Positions 1-9,930 of a DNA stretch of 64,000 nucleotides are shown here, piece after piece (within the stretch, counting starts at the first letter, position 1; each line of letters opens with the position of its first letter). Source of the stretch: Isurus oxyrinchus (lineage: Eukaryota); NCBI GenBank assembly GCA_026770705.1, contig JANJGN010000056.1, forward strand, positions 1,364,001-1,428,000, written 5' to 3'. A model generated the notes under the pieces. It did no database searches and was not told the DNA's origin. It was given only the letters and a program-made list of their open reading frames with translations. A program made the translations under genes and the position numbers.

Positions 1-317
1 ATGGTGGTTTTGGGTAATGTTTGTGAGTCCCTGGGTGAAGCTCCAGCCTGACTGTGCTACCTGTCAGACAGCGGGCGGAGCTCCCGGATTGGCTGAGTCT
101 CTGAATAATATGTAGATCCGATACTTTACGACAGTCTTTAACTGCTGTCTGATCATGGACTGACTCACCCCATAAATTAACATCTTTGTGCAGTAACTTT
201 AATTCATCAGCATAAATTTGGCCCGTTAACATATATAGTCAGGATATCTATAGTAAAATAATTCACGAATTTTAACATATGCGAATGGAAAAGATTCCCC
301 GACGAGGAATGTGATTT

Positions 318-680
318 TGTGCTGGTTAGATACATTCATACAGGGTGTTGATAATTGAGTGGATTTAGTGCTGGGTAACATTTATTCAGCAGAGTGTTTG
401 ATAAGTGAATGGGTTTACTGCTGGTTAAAATCAATTGAGCAGAGTATCGATAAGTGAATGGGATTTAGAGCTGGTTAAAATACATTCAACAGAGTGTTGA
501 TAAGTGAGTAGATTTAGTGCTGGTAAAAATACATTCAGCAGATCATTGAGAAGTGAATGAGATTTAGTGCTGTTTAAAATACATTCAGCAGAGTGTTGAT
601 AATTGTGTACTGGTTAAAATGCATTCAGCAGATTGGTGCTAAGTGAATGGCACTTTCACTGTTTAAAATACATTCAGCTG
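318..680. repeat. Minisatellite, ~49-bp unit (tgctggttaaaatacattcagcagagtgttgataagtgaatggatttag), ~7 degenerate copies
   Basis: Recurring gctggttaaaatacattc at ~49-50-bp spacing; paralog at ~30880-31240. Confidence 0.85.
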
Positions 681-2174
681 CCATTTCCATGTCCCCCATG
701 CTTAATGCCCAAGTCTCATCCAGGATGTGACTAACATTTAGTTCCTCTTTTGTTTCATGTGTGATTGAAGGCTCTTTTAATGTATGTTGCCACATTTCTT
801 GCCAGGCATGTGCTAATGTCTCCAACTGAATTTTGTTTGGAAACTGTTTTGCATGTGCCTACATTTTCTCAGCCTTCTGGCCTAATGCCAATCTTGGCTT
901 AATTGTGCACCGTTCCTTTCCAGGTATAAAACGCGTGCCTTTCTGAGTTAGCCACGGGGACATCACCCTTAATTTAGTTGATGACCATTCCTAGAATAAA
1001 CTACTTTTTAATTATGGCGTGGGTGAATGGCTGCCACTCTCTCAGACTTTGCCTTTACTCTCAAAGATTTGCAAACCGTTTAATCATTAAAACCAATTTA
1101 CTAATTTTCCACACACATCTCAATAATTTAGTCACCATCTCACTGAGCATCATCAACAATCTTTGATATAAAGTTCCATGTTGCTGCATCAGGGTTTCAT
1201 GTGCATTTCACTGAACTGGCAGCTGAGGCTGCAGAACAGATCCTGGGTTGTCACAGTCACTCATGTTTGTTGATTTGGAGGACACCGCATTTTTCTGAAT
1301 GTCTGCCTCCCACATTTTAATTTCTTTCATATCCTGGCCATTAGGGCGCTCCCAATTCCATTCAACCCTAACATGTACCTCATTTATCAGGGAAAAATCG
1401 ATATGAATTAGCAGCCGATCACGGCACAAGAATACATATACGTCCATTTATTTTTAATGCTTGAAATGATTTAAAGAAAAGGACGGCAACCACCCTCGGA
1501 TATTCCTCATCGGGAGACTGGAGTCGATTTGAAAGGACAGACAGTCACCATTCTCTGCATCATGACAGAAGGAAACCGTTCCAAATCTGATTTTACAGGG
1601 ATAATCCACGGCTGCCCTCTCCAGAAATCCTCACAAAAGTCACCATTGGGACATTAAGGATGACCAGAAAGCGGCACAGAGGACGGCAACAGCGCGAAAA
1701 TAAAGCGCCCCCTCCCCTCCCCGGTCACTAAAAGCTGGTTAGCCTGTGATGGTCATTATCGAAGGTCAATGAAATGCTACCGGGAGACATCATATATGGG
1801 ATTAGCTCACTTGATGTTCAAAAGGGGACAGTGATAAGTAGTCTGATTTAGTGTCGTTATTCTCCTGACAATGTTATTGTGAAAAACGGTCCTTGGCTGA
1901 CTGAGAGCAGGGATCGACTCCAACCCGCCTGACATCAAACCCGCAGCTCGAATGTTGCTTTCCAATTTTACCAGATGGCTCTCTGATCGAGCAGAATGAT
2001 ATGTTCAACGTCCCAATAGCAGCACGGGGTCACGGTTTCGTTTACCTTTCACTGCAGTGAGTCTAGTGACTTCTCCTAAAGCACTTTCAGACAGGTTACC
2101 CTTCTGACATTGCACGTTTCCTGGCAGATTACCTTAACTAGATGATAGATCTTTTGAGAAACTATTGTTATGTG

Positions 2175-2670
2175 GAATACTGTAAGTTTATTAGATTCCA
2201 ATGCAGCATTGAAGGATTTCTGCACTGATGCACTGCCAGTACAGAATTGTACTGCATTATCTGTGTTTCAGTACTGAGGAGTTGCTGCACCGCCAGAGAG
2301 TCAGTACTGAGAGAGCAGGACACCGTCAGAAGCATCAATGCTGGAGCAGAGATGAATTACAGGATGGTTGGAACAGGTTCAGTGCTGCATTGTCGAAAGA
2401 TCAGTACTGGAAGTATGCTGTTCGTTGAAGAGAGGGATAGGGTGAGACAAGTGGAGAGAGAGAGTGAAAGACAGAGATTTTGAGAAAAAAATGCAAAAAC
2501 AAAAATAGAGGTAACAGGAAGGCGAGTGGAAGAGAGAGGGTGAGAAAGGAGGTAGACAGCACTGATGGAGCGCTGCACTATCGGTGGGTCAGTACGAAAT
2601 CATTCTTCTCTGTCAAATTTTAAGGCAGAGGGGGTGCTGCACACTTGTATGGTCACCGCTGAGGGATCAC
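2175..2670 (+). repeat. Degenerate ~33-bp tandem repeat (cagtactgagggag-gctgcactgtcggagggt type), interrupted by a GA-rich tract
   Basis: Repeated cagtactga and gctgcac motifs; paralog at ~32750-33250. Confidence 0.6.
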
Positions 2671-2679
2671 TTCTGTGTA

Positions 2680-3125
2680 TTTGTCTCTCCGTCTCTCCCT
2701 CTCTTGCTCTTCCTCTCACCTTCCTGTTATCTCACATTTTGTTTTTGTTTCTTTCTCAACATCTGTCTGTCTGTCTGTCTCTCACTCCTTCTTTGTCCTT
2801 CTCTCACTCAATCCCTCTCTTAAGTCCTTTTCACGTCCTCTGCCCTGTCACTCAATGTCTCCCTCTCTCCCTCTCTTATTGTACGTCTCTCCCTTTCTCA
2901 CTGTTGTTCTCTTCCAGACTCCAGTTCTCTCTTTATCTGTTTCTCGCTCTCTGTCTTTCTGCCGCTCACCAGCCCAGCATGTTCACCTCGCACTATGCTT
3001 CCACCTCTCTCTCTATCAGCCTTTTTCTCTCCCCCCAGTCACACTCTTTCTATCTATTTTTCAACCTCTCTTTGTCTTTCTCTGTCTGTTAAGCAACCTG
3101 CGTCTTTCTCTCCTTCTCTCTCTAC
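2680..3125. repeat. CT-rich low-complexity tract
   Basis: Polypyrimidine tctc-rich sequence that produces spurious Ser/Leu ORFs; paralog at ~33260-33700. Confidence 0.85.
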
Positions 3126-4222
3126 ACCAATCTGCATCTCTTTTAGGGAGATCGAGGTCCAGTTGTGCCATCTTGCCCAACACACACACCTCAAATCCCC
3201 TGCAACGCCACCCCCTTTCTGCAGCTGAATTGATACCCACTTCCGTTGTAAACACTAGCATTCAGTGGGAGCTGGCGTTTTGCCCATGCACTGATTTCCA
3301 CTGTTACCTCACTATCACTTTGTTATCTTACTGCTTTGTTGGTTACCCTAAATCTACGCTGTGACCACATCTCCTCTGACGAGACCGCACCACGTTGCAC
3401 TCTGACATTCCATTTCGGCTTCCAATCACGTGTTGGAAGGATGATTCATTTCCAATCACTGAGAAGCAGCGGACGGTTCCACCGGCGATTTTGGAAGTAG
3501 GCTATCAGTGGCTTAATTTTCTGTTCATTCAGTGCAAGAGAGAAGTATAATGGCCATGTTTCGTGGGCAATGGAAGTGTGGAAATGGCTTGAGAAGTGTT
3601 TCCTGCCCTTCCCGTGTGAGGCTTGGGGAGGATGGTCTTTGCATTCGTCCAATGGGATGGGAGAAGTAGGTCAGTGATTAACATTCAGGGCCTCCTCTTG
3701 CCCCCGCACACCACACCACCCCCCCCCACCCCCCCCCCACCACCATCTCCCCACCCCCGCTGCTGTAAATAAGATAAAATGATTTAATTCTGGAAAATCA
3801 TGGTTTCTTTGTTCGCACAGTGAGAGACATTTTCCTCCATTCAAACTGAGTAACGAGCTGATAAAATATTGGCAGCGCTGCGTGATTCTGTTCCTTTGAT
3901 AAGACACCTTGAACGTACAAGGCGGCCCCATCCTACCCCCACTCCCCCGTGCAAGCTGGCAATGTTAAATTCAAGGAGAGAATTCATGAAACTCCTAGCA
4001 ATTTAATACTTCCAGATAGTAAACCCACTTCCACCTCCCAAAAATCCCCACCCCATCTCCCAGCCACATCTGCTGAAAAGGTTAAGTTAAATGTTAAAAT
4101 TCAAGAAGTTCGCATTGATTCTTTCTGCCAGTGACAGACCCATAGCCCCTGCTGAAAATGTGAAATAATGCCCTATAAATGTCAGATATTCAGCTCTTCT
4201 AATCATTGAACTAAGTAAGAAT

Positions 4223-5100
4223 TTAAGTGAAAGGATATTTCAACATTTTCCACAACTGCTTTCTGAACTTAGTCTGTGTCACAGCATAAATCCAAGTGTT
4301 TGTGCAGCAACTAAGGAGCTGCAGCATGAAGCCCAATTCCATAACAAAAAAATCTAGATACAGGGAATTATAGCCTAAATCAGACATCCGCAACCATATG
4401 GAAAACAACATTAGCATTCCCCATAAAATGATGAAATTGGCTGAAATATAAAAGAGTAACATGATTGATTTCTTTCGATTCTCCACCGCTGGGTCGTTGG
4501 GGCTTTGCCCACTCCTGTGAGGCCGGAGTCTCTTGCGGGCCCTGCTGGTCACTAAAATATACTCGATGGTCAAAATATTGATCAGCAGGATCAGCACAAA
4601 TGGGACACACGGTGTTAGAATGTGATGGGTGAACTCGATTGTTACCCAGGTAGGATTGAACAGAACCTCCTTTCTGTAACCACAAAACGAGGGGAAGTTT
4701 ACCATCCAGTACTGACCTGTAAGCAAAAAATACCAGAAAATGTTCTTTGAACAGCTCAGTGCAATGACGGTTCCCAGAATCACACCTGCCGTTTCCTCAC
4801 TGCAATATTTAGTTTTCAGCTTCGGGCAACAAATGGCCACAAATCGATCCAAGGTAAAAGTGACAGTGAACCACACAGAACAGTCAGTGGCTGCATAAAG
4901 CAGGACGGCATGGATATTACACACTGGGATTGATCGCAGGAAAGAAAAATACTTATCAAACACAATTGGAATATGCCTCAGTATCAGGTCCAGGATAATG
5001 ACCAGTAGATCAGCTACTGCCATGGCCACCAGGTAACGGGTAACACAATTGGAGAGGCCACACCTCCGGCGCCTGAGTATCACAATCGTGACAAGGTTCA
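4223..5100 (-). CDS. GPR139/GPR142-like orphan class A GPCR, copy 1, exon 2 (end of TM1 to stop)
   Basis: Open 292-codon frame with hydrophobic helices and the motifs NLVTIVIL, YLVAMAVADL, SVWFTVTFTLDRFVAIC and CCTNTWIYAVTQTKFR. Acceptor tttccttgcag|TG at 5101/5100. Confidence 0.9.
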
Positions 5101-6159
5101 CTGCAAGGAAAGGTAATAAATAATAAAAGGCTATATCACTCTGGTACCAAAGTTGCCAGTAAAATTGAGATGCGATGGAGATGTGTTACAGCAGCCTCCA
5201 GTGTAATGAAATGAATGGTCCAGAAACAAGGTATAAAAAATGTCTGTGATATAGTGGAAGGCAGGATACATTGAATGGTTAAAATAAGGAGGTGGGAATA
5301 AGGTGGAGATGGGAGTTTGCGGGAGAGCGGGAATATTTGCGAGACAAAGGAGGAAAGGAGTAATCGGGGGATAATCGGTGCACGTAGCGGTGATAACAGC
5401 GCATGGAGTGGTGGGCAAGCGTGCCCATTACGGGTGGTACTCATAGGTGATGTTGGAACTCATGAGTGGGAGGGGAGACGTGTTTGAGTGAGAGCAGCCA
5501 GAGGTGATGATTGCGTTCAGGCAAATAAGTGAAATGGGGTATTTTAATATTTTGCTCAACATATCTCCTGACAGGAAGGCTCTGCAGTTATGTGATGGAA
5601 TGTTTCCTCTCTCCAAGGATGTTATTTTAGGAATTTCGAAGAGAGCTTTCTTGCGAATTATCATTTCAAATTAAAGGATAAATGACCATTTCTTACAAAA
5701 TACGAAATGCAATTAATAATGATCATGTACACCACAAACACTCATACACCCTCACACAAAAATAATAATTTGCAGAAATGCTGCACATACTTAAGTTATT
5801 ACGAGTGTAGAACAGGAACAGCTCATTCCTTAATGTGCTTAATGTGCTGGTTGTAAACATTGCAGGACTGAGGTCTTCATTCCTCGGTTATTGAAGACAA
5901 ATGGAGTTTTTAAATATCTGGCTTTTAGTCGACAATGTGATGGAGCCTCTGTGTTGAAGATATGTACCAACATGTACAGCCTATCAGCCTCTTTTAATGC
6001 CTGAAATCTTCAAAAATGTCTCTTAAAAATATTATTTTGAAGTGTTTCTAATATGAGCAAAAGTCTCCCTGTCCTTCGATCTTGGTGTTGGATTTCGATT
6101 CTCCAAACACTAAATTTTACGTTGTGAACAACTTCAGAAAATGAAGTTATGTTCAAACT

Positions 6160-6650
6160 GGTTTCTTAGTGGCACAGCGAGACAACCTGTCAAAGGCGAA
6201 AGTATCCAGAATATATCTTACCACAATCTCCTCTTCTCCTGCAGTGTACTCCGGATTCCTGGTGACAATGCCTGTGTCCTTAAGATGGTGATGATATGAA
6301 GGATGCAGCAGAACACTATGAACATCAGCACCCGCTCCAGCGTGTAAGGGAGGGTTCACTCCCAATGGCTCAGGAATGAGAAGCGTTTCTTTCCCACAAT
6401 GGCGGGCTGATCCACAATGGCCTGTGCGACTCCATTACTCTTGGTATTGAGGTGTTATGTTCACCTGCTTTGTTGGAGGTAGGGAATGGCAAAGTTGCAT
6501 TCTTTTGATCCATGTACCGACGGGGCAGCCTTCATCTATGAAAAGCCACTGTGTGCTTCCCTATGGAGCTACGGAGATGCTGGAAACGTCCGACTGCTTC
6601 ATAATGAAGGTACTGTGGTTCTCGCCAGGATATTGGATGTTCACCAACGT
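6160..6650 (-). mobile_element. Highly decayed LINE (Tx1/L1-like ORF2) fragment in the GPCR intron
   Basis: Weak resemblance of the minus-strand translation to the Tx1-type region C-terminal of RT; paralog at ~36720-37220. Confidence 0.3.
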
Positions 6651-7378
6651 GATGTACTGTGCATAAATATACATCAAATGGACGTGAATTCAGTCAGAAT
6701 TCTTTCAGAGCCTTTAACTCTGTCCATTCTAATGGGGACACGGCAGAATTACGTACACCATTGGAATCCCTCTGCCCTGGGAGGCCATGGGACCGATCAT
6801 TCTGCTTCTCCCTATTAAGGGAGCAAAAGTACAAACGTGGCACCCAACAGAGATGTTCTCTGTCAGCTAATGAATACATAGTTAGACAACATACTGGGAG
6901 ATAATTAATATAACATCAGCTATTCTCCTGCGTGCACTATTCCGAATCCATTACACTTTCAATGATCATGTGAACACCGTGTCCAAAGACAGCAGCTCCC
7001 TCACCCTGGTGTGCGGCCCCAGGTCCTGTTGAAGGAGGTGACACGGGTCTGTAGCACCTTATTGTTGTGTCAGAGTTATATCCGTCTCTGAACATGTTTT
7101 GGGTGTAGGTTTGTAAGTGTTCCTGACAATCCAGGGGTACTTAGAGCAGTGCAACACCTCTCCCCCCAAAAAAAATGTTAACAGACGGTCCCCTCCCTAT
7201 TCACTCCGCTCATTTCGCTCGTCATGGTACAGGTCCAGGTGCACTGTAACTACATCCCCAAAACCTCTTCCAAGGTTGGGCCTATAGATACTCTATCCTC
7301 TCTCAATTCATGCAGCCCTTCACAGCACAGCACCAAGGAGACCATCTAAAGCACTTCAATGGACTTTGAAATAACAGT

Positions 7379-7516
7379 GATAAAAAAAAACAACTGCAGA
7401 TGCTGGAAATCCAAAAATTTCTGTCGAAGGGTCATGAGGACTCGAAATGTCAACTCTTTTCTTCTCCGCCGATGCTGCCAGACCTGCTGAGTTTTTCCAG
7501 GTAATTTTGTTTTTGT
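7379..7516 (+). mobile_element. 138-bp Penelope-like 3' fragment with an inverted terminal piece and a 14-bp TSD (tttgaaataacagt at 7365-7378 and 7517-7530)
   Basis: Matches the 30109-30208 tail of the large PLE; aactgcagatgctggaaatccaaaa is the reverse complement of the PLE 3' end; the paralogous site at ~37923-37935 is empty. Confidence 0.9.
7417..7455 (+). ncRNA. Minimal hammerhead-like motif (CUGUCGA-a-gggtc/gactc-GAAA-uGUC)
   Basis: Hammerhead core spacing with a 5-bp stem II, inside a PLE terminus; U at core position 6 instead of A. Confidence 0.55.
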
Positions 7517-8311
7517 TTTGAAATAACAGTAGTCAGTCAAAGTCCGTTCAGCTGACAGTCAGATGTCTGGCCCGTTTCAATTAAACTGGAAAGGGTGCCT
7601 CGTGTTTTTTAACAAATATTTAGCTGAGAGTGATTAACACAAGCTTTCGGTGGACGGGTACAGCCAGTGTTTCAAAGACATGCATCAAACATATTGAAAA
7701 CCCCCGCACAACACGGGACACCATGTGTGAGTTTCTGGACATGGGATTGATAGGAGAAGCGAGATTAAATTGTGATCAAATCACACGATTGGGAATTTTG
7801 AAATTGACGGACTGAAAGACCTGGCAGCAATCTTGGCCCTTGAGCACAGGGATAATTGTGGAATGAGATTTGGCAAGGGCAAGTTTACAAAGATTAGAGT
7901 TTTGTATGGGGTATGTTTTAAGAACGTTTGTAGCAGCAATTGTATGGCCAGATTAACATTTTAATAGCCGAGTCTGGCTTGGACAAATGCACAGCTGAGG
8001 GATCATTCGGGTGATGTGTTGATGCAGCGAGGATAGTGGGTGAGACTAAATAGCTGGTAGAAGACAGGCTTAAGGATAGAAAAGGTGAGGGCTCACAAAT
8101 CAGCTCAGGGCAAAATGGAGCATGGGAGTCGAAGACACTATGGTTCAGGCTTAGATAGTAGTGCGGTAGGCGGGTGGAGCGACTGGATATGGAACGATCA
8201 TTAAAACGGGAACAGTAGCAAATGACTTCCATCTTCCTGAAATGTAAGAGACAGTAACAGTAATACAGTCAATCTGGTTTAAGGAACAGATTGTTGCATA
8301 TAGGTTCTTAC

Positions 8312-8486
8312 CGCTGACACCAACAAGAGCCAGGATGGGGAAGTAACCAACTTGGATTAACGAAATTACTCCCTCGATCCTAACAGCTAATGATATCCGA
8401 TCTTGAGAAAGGTAGTAAAGCCCCGAGGATAAACTCCTGTCCATTTTTGTAAAATTCCAAGATTTTGTTCTAAGATTCTGATTCAT
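8312..8486 (-). CDS. GPR139-like GPCR copy 1, exon 1 (MNQNLRTKSWNFTK...YFPILALVGVS, 58 codons + 1 nt)
   Basis: ATG at 8486; donor G|gtaaga at 8312/8311; the phase-1 join G+TG gives Val in frame with exon 2 (350 aa in total). N-glycosylation sequon NFT. The start is conserved in copy 2. Confidence 0.85.
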
Positions 8487-8620
8487 TGTTGTCACGTTCC
8501 AATCTATTATTCTCAGGCTCTGATGTTTTCTCTCCCCCTCTCAGGAGTCGTTGATCCTTGCGACTGCTGAATGCGACTGTCCCCCTGACATTAGGGGACA
8601 GCACTTTGAAATGAGCCCCG

Positions 8621-8628
8621 TATAAATA
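8621..8628 (-). promoter_or_regulatory. Possible TATA element (TATTTATA on the minus strand) ~135 bp upstream of the GPCR ATG
   Basis: Position, plus conservation in copy 2 (39025-39032); no transcript evidence. Confidence 0.3.
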
Positions 8629-8959
8629 GCACTGTGAAACCCTCCAGTGACACAATTAGGATCCAGGGAGATTGAAGTTAATTACAGGGACTGAACAAAT
8701 CGGTTCAGTTAACGCCTTGCATTCCAACAATTTTTGTCTCACAACATAGTAGAAGATTTACTTGGCGTGGATCGGATGTATGTGGGTCGCTAAGGGATGG
8801 AAGGCTGCGAATAGAGGTTTCACTGACCATGACATGTAAATGCACCTGGGAATGATATCCGAGGACAGGAGGGTTTTAATTGTTCCACGCTATTTATAAA
8901 AGCAGAGTTCCAAAGCAGAATGGAATCTGGATTGATGACCTATTTTGAAAAATCATTTA

Positions 8960-9750
8960 TTTTGGAAGCGTGGGTTCCTTACTGAAGGAGGTTCACAGGA
9001 GCCTGATTTGACTTTGCAAGATTCACAAAAAAGATGTAATTAATCATGATCATATTACACCAGGCAACCAAACGCTTGGTAAGTTTTCATTACAGAGACC
9101 ACGAAATAAGTGGCAGAAACTCACGCTGCTCCTTTCATCCTACTAATGCCCTTATTAACCCAGGACCCCAGCGGCCAGGCACCATTATTTTTGGACCAAG
9201 GATAACGTTTGTTCAGTGGTAAAGAAGTAGATCTTCCAGTGGTCTCCTGAACATTCACTAGAAGCAATTGCACAATTGGTATATCCCTTTAGATATCCAG
9301 AACACTCAATCTAAATTCACCTCTCCTTTAGTGTTAGAGGATTATCCACGAGTTCCTTAAGAATCTGGCATCATGCCAAGTTGCAGACAAACTGAGGCCT
9401 TTTCGTCAAGTCTTGACTCATTGGCAATCTGATACAACTGAAACTACAAGGTCATAGGCTCCTAGTCTTTATGTATCTGTGCAGCTCCGCCTGATCACAA
9501 GTTGCGAGTCAACAACACAGTTTTATTTCCTACTTCTTGTCTTAGATGTGACTTCACTAAATCACCAAAACCTTTAGTAGCCAATCTCTTCATTTCAAGA
9601 TTCGTAATGCAGCCATTAAAATGTATACATTTAAACAGTGCCCCAGGCTGGCCGGCTAAATGTCACAAAAATCCAAACTGAAACCAAGCCCAGGCTTCAC
9701 ATTACAAATACAATTGTAGCTTGCCTAAAATAATATCGAGTTCCCATCAT
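8960..9750 (-). mobile_element. Putative decayed 3' LTR of the adjacent Gypsy element
   Basis: Lies 3' of the RNase H end, after a degenerate purine tract (ttttgcgggg on the minus strand, ~9754-9763); no partner LTR is visible. Confidence 0.3.
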
Positions 9751-9930
9751 TTACCCCGCAAAAGGATAAGAATTGAAAAGGTAGCTTTCAGAGGCATTTT
9801 CATTTCCCGTTAGCATCTCCTCTCGTCACTAAATCTATCTCATCTTACAGCTTTTACAATAGCTGTAATTATGTTCTTACAACAAATAAGCAAGTATTTC
9901 CATAAGAATCATATTCTATACAAGTCCATT

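Noticed and set aside
318-680. CRISPR-like appearance of the 49-bp and 63-bp (25317-25808) arrays
   Set aside because: Units are degenerate along their whole length with no unique spacers, there are no cas genes, and the context is vertebrate.
2565-3364. 175-aa and 229-aa ORFs (and 214 aa at 33166-33810)
   Set aside because: Ser/Leu/Phe-rich translations of a CT-rich low-complexity tract; the frames are not conserved between the two copies.
4223-5101. Treating the GPCR as a single-exon gene starting at GTG 5101, or naming it GPR139
   Set aside because: The G belongs to the AG acceptor and TM1 is completed by exon 1; similarity is family-level only, so no gene symbol is given.
8151-8311. Read-through of the exon-1 ORF to 114 aa
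   Set aside because: It lies beyond a strong gtaaga donor and its stop position differs in copy 2.
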